Shown one piece after another: positions 52,701 to 64,000 of a stretch of DNA of 64,000 nt; position 1 is the stretch's first letter, and each line of letters begins with the position of its first letter. The notes beneath the pieces were generated by a model. The model saw only the letters and a program-made list of their open reading frames with translations, searched no databases and was not told the origin of the DNA. Location: assembly GCF_964355755.1 (NCBI RefSeq), contig NC_092675.1, forward strand, positions 30,414,912 through 30,478,911, given 5' to 3'. Source of the stretch: Antedon mediterranea (taxonomy: Eukaryota > Animalia > Echinodermata). The position numbers were made by a program, and so were the translations under genes.

Positions 52701-55700
52701 TGACCAAACAAAGGAGCAGGATACACATTTGCCTTGCCACAGACGACCGGGTGCTCAGAGACAACAACCAAGACAGAGGCACCCCAAAGATAATGCTGGC
52801 CAGGAAAAGGTATACAAAACAATTCTAAGTCTAAAAAACTTTAAGAAACCTCATGATTTCCATATGCCTTAATAATAAATGTGTTTTTAATAATTTTTTA
52901 AAAGTATCAACAGTTTTGCAAAATCTTATAGAGCTCGGTAGAGCATTCCACAGACGAGGAGCAGTAACGGAGAATGCTCTTTCACCCCATGAGTGGTGAG
53001 ACTTAGGCTGATGTAGAAGCAGCGAGTCACTAGAACGCAGATTACGTCCGGGAACATACAGCCTAAGCATGTCAGAAATATATTCAGGAGCCATGCCATT
53101 TATAGACTTAAAAACAAAGAGTAATATTTTAAAAACAATGCGGTACCTAACAGGGAGCCAATGCAATATTTCCAAAGTATTTGATATGTGTCCATATCTT
53201 GGTAATTTTTTAACAACTCGTGCCGCTGTATTTTGAATCAGTTGGAGCCTGTGGAGTTGTTTTTGTGGTAGCCCGTATAGCAAAGAGTTTCCCATATCTA
53301 GTCGTGAAGTGACAAAAGCATGAACAAGTTGTTTAGCTGCTGTCTCATTCATAAACTTGCGAATCCTTCGAATGTTTCGCAAGTGAAAAGACGACGCAGA
53401 AATAGTTTTGGAGATATGAGAAATCATAGTCATACCCACATCCATTTCAACCTGCCTAGCCGGGTCAATTTGGGTTTCACCAATGTGAATAAAGCTTGGT
53501 GGCAGTTTTTCCAACTGCTGTTTTGATCCAAAGAAAACAAATTCTGTTTTTTCATCATTTAATTTAAGAAAGTTGTTTTTCATCCAGACACGCAATTCAT
53601 AGATACAATGTTGGAGCAATTCCAAAGAAATGATCAATGTTGTATATTAATCAGACTGTTGTTTTTTTACTTTAAAAATTACATTTTAAGTACTTCATCC
53701 AAATATACACATTTAAAATTGTTAGGCCTAAAATTGTTATTATAGGTTTTGATCGACCTAATTAAGAGGGAGCTTTTCATTTGCGACGATTTACAACCTA
53801 TCAAGAAATCAAGCGAAGAAGCACGTCCTAATACTTTCACATACTAACTATTCACTAGTTTTTATGTCGTCACAAATCAAAAACTCCATAATATTTATTC
53901 ATAATATGCACAACACAAATATTATTTCGATAGTACTTCTATTAGATTCTTCATTCTTATATTTTACTTATTAACATAATTTGATGATATAAGACATTTT
54001 ATTCATAGCAATGTTATGTTACCGTACATTTATCTCTTCTTGAATAACAGGTCTTCCTAGTATACTTCTTTTGATTTGTATTTCCTTGTACCGGTCAGGG
54101 AAGTGTGCCAATGATATGTTTGTTGCTCCGCAAAACAAACACTCCAAAATCATCTCATAGATAAATGCATACTGGTTCTGGAAAAAAATATAAACAATCA
54201 TTTTCTTCCATGCAGTACATGATTAAAACTGAATAAAATAATAACGATACATACCTCTTTCAAACGAATATGAGGACAGCTACTAAGTGTTTCTTTGACA
54301 AAGTTGAAAACATCAATCTCACTGCTTTCTTCTGCCATATCGAGAATTGCGTTTACGACGATGACAGTTCCGGTTCTCTGGCAATCGGTACTTTGTCACA
54401 AAAAGAGAAATATGGAAGTTTTAACAGGTTCAATTCACTAAGAAATAATGTAAAATAAATGGATGTTTAAAATACCTATACACAAGTGTTGGTCCAACTC
54501 CAAATTCTTTCTTAGCTTTCCTTAAACTGTGTGTAAACTCAATAAGATGTGCAGACGTGTCTATAACATCTCCAGGCCATGCAGTGCAGTTATATTGATG
54601 GACAACACGACGCTCTGAATCACTTTCATTTTTCTGCAAAGTAATAAACAAAATGGATTTAGTGAGTACATTGTGATATTGAAGTAAATCAAGATAGCGG
54701 TAATGAAATCAGTAACATTAGTTATGTTGCTAACTAGAAAAATATTGTAATATATACTAAATATTTATCAAAAATTACCAGCATAATTTCGAACATTTTG
54801 ATTGTAAAACCATTGTCATTCTGTTTATCTTCCAGTTTTCGAACAGACATCTTTCCATATTTGGTCTTTACGTATCCAGTTTCATCATGCAAAAAAATGA
54901 CCTTTGAAATGCGTAAACAATATTTTAATAGTTCATTATTAATATTTTTAAAAATGTATTAATTATATTAAAATTTAAAAAATTTTGTCTTCTAAATTCC
55001 TTCAAAACACTTCGAGAGAATCAACACCATTACTATACTGTGGGAAGTATTGGATAACAAAACTTCATACCTTGTCGCCATCACATGCAATATTAACTAT
55101 TACATTCAGGTTTTCTTGCCAAAAAATTTCCAATAATTTTTTTTCATTGCCTGTTAAAAGCAATAAAGCAGAACAAGCATTAAATAAGCCCATTTTTTAA
55201 ACTGGTGCTACAGGACTTTTTTATTTTATAAGATGATATTTAATAACTTATAAGTGCTGACCGGGTAACTATTTATTAAATAGTATTTTCTTGTTTTGTA
55301 AAATTGTTCTTTCTATTATATATTCTTTTTGTTCTAAGAATAATAATATTGTTCTCACCATGATAAGCAATGTATGCATTCGGTTTTCCCTGAGAATTAG
55401 AATATGTTGGAAATACAATTAAAAGTGAATAGAAAATAATAGTAAAAAGTTAATAGTGAAAAGAAAATTGTCAACAATGTACATTACTGAAGATTACAGA
55501 TTGTACATATGATGATATGATATACTTACATTGATGTAGCAGGCGTTTGGATTGTCACATTTACCATCTGCACGGCAACATGCATATTGACTATGGAGAT
55601 CCTATAGCAAAAACACAACAACATACAGATATTGCCTGCTTAGAGGTGAAATATAAGATTTGGTAATGAGGTAATGATATTTTGCTCAAGGAAAAATATA

Positions 55701-58700
55701 TTTTCCAAAGTGCAAGCTGAGGAAAATATATTATTCTCGAGAGCAAAATATCATTCTCAAGGGTATGTCAAATCTTATATTTCACCGATATAAAAGGGGA
55801 TATATGTTATATTATATAGCCAAGAACCAGTAGAATATCTGCTGGGTCGGCTAGTTAGTCCTATGTAATTTTAAATAAGCCTACCTAGTTAGGCTACCTT
55901 GCGAAAAATAAACTCAAATAAAATATTCATTCGGGAGGACCACGCGTTGTACATTAACAAAATAATTTCCATAAATAATTCTACACTTTACAGTAATAAT
56001 ATTATTACTTTACAGTAAACATTGTACTTTTGTTCTGTGCAGAAATGCCAATGACGGGCTACTGTTTTAGTCCACATCAAAGAATGGTCAACTGTGTTTA
56101 TAGCCTCAACTATGTAATACTAATGATGGGCAACTGTTAGTTTTGCATGATTCTATTCCTTTTACCATGTTCTATATTATTATTATATTAGATTGAAGCC
56201 ATCAAACAAATTCATCTTCATTTCTGTTGTTGTGTAACATTAAACATTTTTAAACAATTATAACCGTTACATTCTTTATATTTAGTACCCAGCTGTGATT
56301 CATGAATGTTAAGACGTTCCTTTTTTAAAATTATACCTTTCAGTAATATTCTTAATTCAGTTATTTTGTATTACCTCAAACTCTGATTTAAAAGTAAAGA
56401 TTCTTCCTTGTTTTCTATTTTTGATGTACGTGTGCAGATCTTTCAGCTTGACAGGTTGATTGTGATCAGTCACAGTTGACTCCATGGCAACTGCTTGAAA
56501 GTCATTCGCAACCATATTTAAACCGTCTTGCATTTCTGATAAAATTGGAAAAAGTGTAATATAAAAATAAATAAAACTAATATAAAAATATATTTTAACA
56601 TGCTGTAAATTTTTATTTTATCTAACAAATTAATTTTTGTTAAGTCAATTAAATACCAACCTTATAGACAATAAAGACAGAAAAGAATGTATCACTGTGT
56701 ATAAGTATAAGTGAATTTCAAAAGCAACAATGTTGAACTGACTGTTATGTTGGTTGGGATTTAAGAATTGATTTAAGATTATTAAGCATTATTATCAATA
56801 TTTTTGTTGTAAGAAAGACGAATTGTGTAAAAAGGTTCTATCTCGTAGTACTTATACATCGGTACGTTTTACTTACCTATGTTGCCATCTACTTCTGTTT
56901 TCTTCTTCGATTTTATTGTAGCAACGATAACAAAGACACCGATAACGAAGACACCAACTAAAATGATAACTACCAACAAACCTGTTACAAACGAAAAACA
57001 GAAAGCATACAAAAACAAAAACAAAAATAAGGGATTAGTTTTATAGATTATTGTAGAACAGAACGAATCAAAGTGCTGTGGAAAATACAAATAATATAAT
57101 AGAAGTTTATTTTATTAATCATTAATAGGCATACCCGGCACAAGGGATTATGCCTTCCTCCATAGCCTTTTTTTTTTTTAAATTCTATTTTCTTTTGTCC
57201 ATCCAACAATCATCATAATTTTAATTATTTTACCTTATCATTTCTGTATACTATTTTGTATTGTATTGCTATGGAGGAAAATAAATGTCTTTTGAAAATA
57301 AATGAAATGAAATAGCCTACTTGTATGTTTGAATGCAGTCACAGTAATGGATGTTTTAGGACCGATTCCCTTTGATGTTCTTGCTTCAATCTCAAATGTA
57401 TAAACTTTGGTTGTGTCAATTCCATCTATGGTTGTTTGTGTTTCTGTATATCCCGTCTTAGACTCTTTAAGTTCCAATCCATCAAGAAACAGTTTATACT
57501 CATAGGTTATTGAACCTTTTCTGTTGCCACATTTTGGAGGTTTCCATGATAAACTAATCGATTTAGATTTTGCAGACACAACTTGAAGTGATGCTGGAGA
57601 TCCAATTGGAACTATAAATATATACAATAATGTCATGTAGAAATACCGATTACTCTAAATGTTTAAGATCAGTAAACTTATACAATACTTATAATAATGA
57701 TGTTATTTCTGTGACAAGAGGCAGAACATAATATTTTAAAGGGAAAACATCATAGATTTTGTTAAATGATATACTGACTGTCTTCTCCAGTTTGAACGAC
57801 AAGCTTATCTGCTGATGGCTGTCTTGCTCCATCTTCATTGGATAACGATGTGACCTGGATTTCATATTTGGAATATGCACTCAGATTGGAAATGATATAC
57901 GAAGAAGTGTCGAAAGGGCCTTCTTCTACGGCGTCCACATGTACGTCCTCACACATATCAGCTTGTATTAGTTGGTAAGTGACGTTGTACGTAACAGGAC
58001 AGTCTCCATTTTCCACTTCGTTCCAAGTCAACGAAATATTATTTGTCCCAGTAGTAACATCTATCCCATCAATTTTGTTTGGAACTATATAAATGCATAA
58101 CATTAATTAGTAAATATTTTGTGTATAATTAACGTTTCATTGGTTGGATCTAGAAAAATGGTAAAAGTTAAAAATCATCTATGTTAGTTACGTTACTTTG
58201 GTTTAATAAATATTATTATAACATTCATACAGTGATTATTTACAATAATGATCATAATACAGAAAAATGATTTAAAACGTTCTCTACGAGGAAAGATTAA
58301 TTTAAATCTTCCCTATTTCTACTACACCTTATCATCATTAACATCGTATCCTTACCCGGACATTGTGTTGGGAATCGTGTTTTAACTTGACTGTCCGGTC
58401 CACAAACATCTCGTCCGACGATGTTCTTACACACACGAACTTTCACCTCAATTGTTTGATTTGGCGGTAACCCAGTAATTGTAAAGACGTAATCAGTTGT
58501 TGTGATTGTTGTAAATGTTGATTCTTCTTCACTTTTATATAACACTTTATAAGATGACGCTGGTCCAGTTCCATAATCTTCACCAAAAGTCCAATTATAC
58601 GAGATAGTCATATTGGTGGCGGTAACATCAATAATTTTAACTTGCTTAAATAAATACGGTAAAGCTATGTAAATGAATAAAGATTACAGTTAACATGCAT

Positions 58701-61700
58701 TTGAAAAGACCAATACAAAATAGGGTGTGTGTTGTTCAGTTAACATGCATTGAAAAGACCAATACAAAATAGGGTGTGTGTTGTACAGTTAACATGCATT
58801 TGAAAAGACCAATACAAAATAGGGTGTGTGTTGTTCAGTTAACATGCATTGAAAAGACCAATACAAAATAGGGTGTGTGTTGTTCAGTTAACATGCATTT
58901 AAAAAGACCAATACAAAATAGGGTGTGTGTTGTTCAGTTAACATGCATTGAAAAGACCAATACAAAATAGGGTGTGTGTTGTACAGTTAACATGCATTTG
59001 AAAAGACCAATACAAAATAGGGTGTGTGTTGTTCAGTTAACATGCATTGAAAAGACCAATACAAAATAGGGTGTGTGTTGTTCAGTTAACATGCATTTAA
59101 AAAGACCAATACAAAATAGGGTGTGTGTTGTTCAGTTAACATGCATGGAAAAGACCAATACAAAATAGGGTGTGTGTTGTACAGTTAACATGCATTTGAA
59201 AAGACCAATACAAAATAGGATGTGTGTTGTTCAGTTAACATGCATTGAAAAGACCAATACAAAATAGGGTGTGTGTTGTTTTGAGAAGAGGCTTATATTT
59301 TTTGTTCTTACATGACTCTTATTTAATGCTTTTTGGCTAATATCCTAGATGTCTGGATTTGTAAAGAAATTTTATTTATTATACTAATGCTCACCTATCT
59401 GGCAGTCGATACCAGCCCATCCATCTTCACAATCCCAGCAGTAACCCGTATCTTTATCACATGACGATGACGTTTTACAATGACAACTATACTGACAAAA
59501 TTCACCAAACTTTCCATCAGGGCATGTCACATGATCTTCGGAAAAACAGAAAGAAAATGTAAAACAGTATGCAACAAAGAAACCTTGCATACGACGTCGG
59601 CATATAGAATTGCTGTTTATATTGTACAATGATAGAGTAACGCAAATTGCCAGTTAGTGATAACTGGACGTGAATTAAGTGTAATAATACATTTAATTTA
59701 CCAAGACATTTGTTTCCTTCAAATCCATTGTTACATGTAGCTCCTTCTCGACATCCTTTTTCTTTGTCACAATCAGTTGAACTACAGTGACATTCTTGAC
59801 TACAACCTGCACCATACGTAGATCCTGTACATGCTATTTTGTGAAAGTATAATTTTAATAAACGTGTATGTAAATCCTGTCTCCATTTCTGTAGAAATGC
59901 CTGCTTGAGATGAAAACAGGTTATTAATAATTATATTGAAATTATAATTGTAACCTACCTTCATCACATGTAGTACCATGGAATCCTGTCGCACACGCAC
60001 AGCCAACTGGATCTGGAGGACACAGTAAACTCTGACAAGGAGAGGAGCAATAAATACTACATGACCGACCATAATATCCGGTACTACATCCTATAACATG
60101 ATAATATTAAAATGTCACTAATGTAAAAAAACACTAAATATAGCATAACTAGAAAACAATACTTTTGTACTTAATTACCTTCTGAGCAATCAGCACCTTT
60201 AAATCCTGCTGGACAGATACATAATCCAGTCACGTGGTCACATAATCCTCCATTATAACAAACCGGACAATTGTCATTACACTCTGCTCCATGTTTTCTT
60301 GTGGGACAACCTGATTTTTAGTAAATATATTATATTTTTTTTTTACTTTTTGAATCGTTTTCAATTATAACTAAATTTACCTGGTGTAAAAAATGAACAC
60401 ATGTATACTTGGTTCTGTATCAACCAACTGAAGATTTAAAAAAATGTCAAAAACTAACCTCTGACAATCATTCTCATCAGCGCATGTTTTCCGTTTCTGT
60501 CTTTGTAACATTCGTATATTCCAGCATCACTTGTTCTGATATTATTAATAGTCAATGTATCTTTACCATTGCCTTTTGGTATGTCAACGTTGTTTAATTT
60601 CCATTTTAATTCTGATGCATTGATTGTGGTACTGACTTCTAACGTCACGTGATCACCAATACTAACGGTAATAGATCGACGTTGGGGAGTGACGTCAGCT
60701 GGAAATATAATATAATAAGTTGTCGAAGTTACAAGATAATAAAATTCGGAGCTGGAAAATATCAACAAATGTTGCGAGTAGTTAATTATATTATACCCAC
60801 CTGCCTCCACTCATTTATATTTCTACTAATCTATTACAAAAACATATCTCACCATTTTTAGACAATATGATGAAAGGTATGTGTTGAGATATTGAATCTT
60901 TAGTTGCAGTGGCAAAGAAAGCACCGACTTTTTCAGCGTCTGACACAAGAATATCAATTGTTATGGAATGTACACTTGACGTAACTCGTGTTCTTACAGT
61001 TGATTGGTCCGGGAACATCGTTCCAGAAGGAACCAAGCCACCATCATTCCAATTTACTGCTCTTCCATATAACCCAGTTCCTGTATCGCTTTCTCTTCCA
61101 AGTACGATATCAGTAGTTTTGTCAGGAAAAGTGGTATAACCACCAAACATGGTTGATTCCATCGTAGAATCAATGTCCACGGTTGGATCTGGACACATAA
61201 CGGTTAGATCAAGGATTCCATCTAAAAAGTAATTTATTTTTAAGTTATTTTGTTTGTTTTAACATTAGCATATTATTTTCGGGTTTTTTTTTCTTTTAAA
61301 AGGAAGTAAAATATTTTTAAAAAGTATCATAGTCATAGTTTGTCATTGGATTAGTGTTATTTGTGCGTGCCATGGTCTTCAGAAGCATAATTTTGTAAAA
61401 ATAATATATTTAATAAATTGTGAAAATAATTAATACTATGGCAAAATACACCCTAATGATATATTTACCATGCAAAGAACATCGAACACCAGCTTCACTA
61501 TTAGGGTCGCAGTCGTGAATTCCAATACCATTTGATGGACATTGATTCAGACCAGTCTCTGTACCAACACATGCAACATTATCCAGCAAAATATCACCAG
61601 ATCCCTGCCCAGATTCCTGCCCAAAATCTGTACCAATTAGTGCTTCGCTGAGGCCTGTGTACAACAAAGAATTGCAGACAACGGTGGCATCTTGAACACC

Positions 61701-64000
61701 CCATGAATCATCACAGATTGTCCCCCATTTACCCTGGTAAAATATCTCGACACGGCCCTCTAAAGCTGTGGTACTTCCAGCAAGACGAACTACAAGATAT
61801 TAATTAACAGTTAACACTTGATTAAACAAAAACTGTCCACGTAAACAACTTAACATTCCACTGTATTCAGTATTTTGTTTCATTATTTTATGTTTACTGT
61901 CGTTTAATAGTGAGTCTGTTACATTCCTAAATGTATAGTTTTACCAACACAGAGAGGGAATTTCTTCCGTTCACTAAGGCCTTTAATATTTTGAAAATAG
62001 TGTAAAACATTAATTTATTTCTAATCTCCTGATTTGTTTGTGGATTTTGAGATCAAACAACGATTACCTATAATTATGTAGACATAGACAACGTATCGTA
62101 AATTATGTCAAAACAGCTTCAGTAAACTAATTGTTAAAATTGAGCATTTATTATTTCATTTTTTAAAAGAAAAAAAACCCATTATGATCATGCTTGATGT
62201 TGTCGAAAGCGACCTCATTTAAACGAGAAAAATATAAAATATTTACTTGATTGGAAGAATGATTGGAATCAATAGCATTAATACATACAATTTGAGCAAG
62301 GTGTTACAAACCTTTTGGCATACAGCGGACTCCAGCATCATTTTGGTGTCCGCACGATGACGTCAGAACACTATGGCCACACAGATGTAATCGTGGCTCA
62401 GTACCAGTACATTGAACACTAGTGAAGTGGATCGGACCGACTCCTTCACCAAATTTAGATCCAGTCACGGCAGAAAGAGCATCCGGGTAGTCTAATTGAC
62501 GACAGACGACTTTTGCATCTTTCTGGTCCCATTCGTTATCGCAAACCGTACCCCATTGACCGTCCTTAAATACTTCAATACGGCCCTCGCTTTCCAGGGT
62601 GCCTCCTCTAAATCGAAGGGTAGCTGTAGGAAAAAACAAACATTGTAAATGTATTATGTGGCAATCATTGGATGAATAGGTCTATACGAATACATGTCGG
62701 AACATTATTATCTGTTTTGCCCTACATCTATATTATAAGTGAGAGAGTTTGTTTGTTTGTTTGTTTGTTTTTTCGTTATACAAATTTGTGTTACTGCACG
62801 TAACCTTACATATTGAGCATCAAAATTACCGCAATTGTACCGGGAAGGTTCTAAACTACATTTGAACATCATCCACCATCTTGGATCCAAGTTAGGGGCT
62901 GAAATGTGGTCAAAATGGCCCACTTTTGATGTTTGTTCGTTATACAAATTTCTGTTCCTGCATGTAACCATACATATGGGTTATCAAAATGATCGCAATT
63001 GTACTGGGAAGGTTTTAAACTTCATTAAAAAAAAGTCCGGGGATTTGGTTGGAGAGGGGGTGGAGGGTTGGGAGATAGGGTGTGAGAGTTGGGGTTCAGG
63101 GTATAGTGGGATTTTGCTTAGGCTAGGGGTAGTAGGCTATCAAATTGACCAGAAATGTGGTAGGAAATTATTAAAGTATTTTAATTATCACTGGGAAGGG
63201 GATGGGAGTTTGGGGTGGGGATGTAGGCCTATCACCATGACTGAAACTGTACTGGAACGGAATGTTTTGATTATGGGTTGGGAGTGATGGCTAACATTAT
63301 TTGTACTGGAACTATCTTAAACACATCACCCAGTATCTGGGGTGTGTTGGGAGGGGGAGGAGGAGCGAAAATACTGGCGTAATGAAGTAGCCTATGATTT
63401 TAATTGTACTAGGAAGATTACTACATTTGAACTCTTCAGGAGAGGAGTTTGTTGATTGTGGCTGGGATGGTAAAAGAAGAAAGAAGGCTGGGGGACCGCA
63501 GTATCAAAATGAGATATTTTAATTATCAGCCAATATGACACCTATTCATTTACACAGATTACAACGTACTTAAACCATAGGCCTATCAGACCCCACTCAT
63601 TTTGAAGCTAACGTTTAATTGAATTTGTTTGTTTTTTTTTCAAAAAGAGTGTGGGGTGTTATTGAAGAAAGATGGAGGTTGATGAGTATATAGTGCATCG
63701 GGCTTTATGTACTGAGAAGGCTTCTCAACACTAATTTTGAAACCCGCCCTGGGGCGGGTATTATTGCTAGTATATCTATATTTATAAAAAGATTTTCTTA
63801 CAAATTCCGCAAACCACGCCAGCGTCTTCTTTATGACTACAATCATGTACATTCAAACCATTGTTGTCACAATCAAGGATATTGCTCTCTGATCCAGAAC
63901 ACGCTACATTATCAAGCAGGATGGGTGAGCCAGCATTCCCTTCACCATATGTGGCACCATTTGGAGCCTGAGTAGCATCTACATACCCTAGCTGACGGCA
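49760..64000 (-). CDS. Gene C (5' end beyond window): SRCR x3 or more, N-terminal Ig-like, Ig, 4 EGF exons, 3 FN3, TM, degenerate PTP D1 and D2 pseudophosphatase
   Basis: SRCR exons 63802-64000 (partial), 62312-62623, 61469-61789 (GRVE..WGTICDD.W); N-domain 60853-61221; Ig 60459-60698; EGF 60179-60310, 59959-60090, 59702-59833, 59395-59535; FN3 58356-58664, 57779-58084, 57321-57611; TM 56877-56981; 56375-56535; D1 55530-55601, 55359-55389, 55071-55150, 54779-54901, 54476-54633, 54255-54390, ~54028-54177; D2 52443-52494, 51908-51984, 51616-51723, 51109-51222, 50641-50801, ~50077-50209; last exon 49760-49840 ends SCDIYESINL*. Confidence 0.87.
52525..53640 (-). mobile_element. 5'-truncated L2-like LINE (RT C-terminal region and 3' tail) in a gene C intron
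   Basis: WMKNNFLKLNDEKTE, AFVTSRLD, LQLIQNTAAR, LHWLPV, RAFSVTAPRLWN; L2-type 3' end GCGCCTTGAGCAC...GTGCGCTATAAAAAT followed by (TTA)n. Confidence 0.88.
55643..55787. mobile_element. Short MITE-like inverted repeat
   Basis: GGTGAAATATAAGATTTG...ATGATATTTTGCTC mirrored by GAGCAAAATATCAT...CAAATCTTATATTTCACC. Confidence 0.55.
58687..59280. repeat. Minisatellite, about 12 copies of a 49-50 bp unit
   Basis: CAGTTAACATGCATT(T)GAAAAGACCAATACAAAATAGGGTGTGTGTTGT(T/A), near-identical copies with no spacers. Confidence 0.95.

Noticed and set aside
58687-59280. Regular ~50-bp repeats as a CRISPR array
   Set aside because: No unique spacers; it is a plain tandem minisatellite.
62835-63500. 150-aa ORF and G-rich tract
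   Set aside because: Low-complexity, G-skewed intronic repeat-like sequence antisense to gene C; the G-runs are too irregular for a confident G-quadruplex call.

Overview
AT-rich, intron-rich animal genomic DNA, probably an invertebrate deuterostome such as an echinoderm (inferred from domain families and repeat types). It holds a cluster of receptor-type protein tyrosine phosphatase (RPTP) paralogs whose ectodomains are Tie/angiopoietin-receptor-like (N-terminal Ig-like domain, Ig, EGF repeats, FN3). I spliced the exons by hand. Gene B (+, ~24107-47633) has an intact catalytic D1 ([21 protein letters not shown]), a doubled Tie-like module and a YGNF tail. Its neighbours, gene A (-, 3675-15306, complete) and gene C (-, 49760 to beyond 64000, with at least 3 N-terminal SRCR domains), keep open spliced frames. 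Both have lost the catalytic motifs of BOTH phosphatase domains and end in YESV/YESI. The first exon and promoter of a fourth paralog (D) lie at the left edge. Ig, EGF and FN3 exons are nearly identical across active and dead paralogs, while the N-terminal domain varies in three loops. This suggests a paired active/pseudophosphatase receptor system, possibly immune or self-recognition (inference). Introns and intergenic DNA carry LINEs, tRNA-derived SINEs, Harbinger-type MITEs, two Penelope-like fragments with hammerhead-ribozyme-like motifs, and minisatellites.
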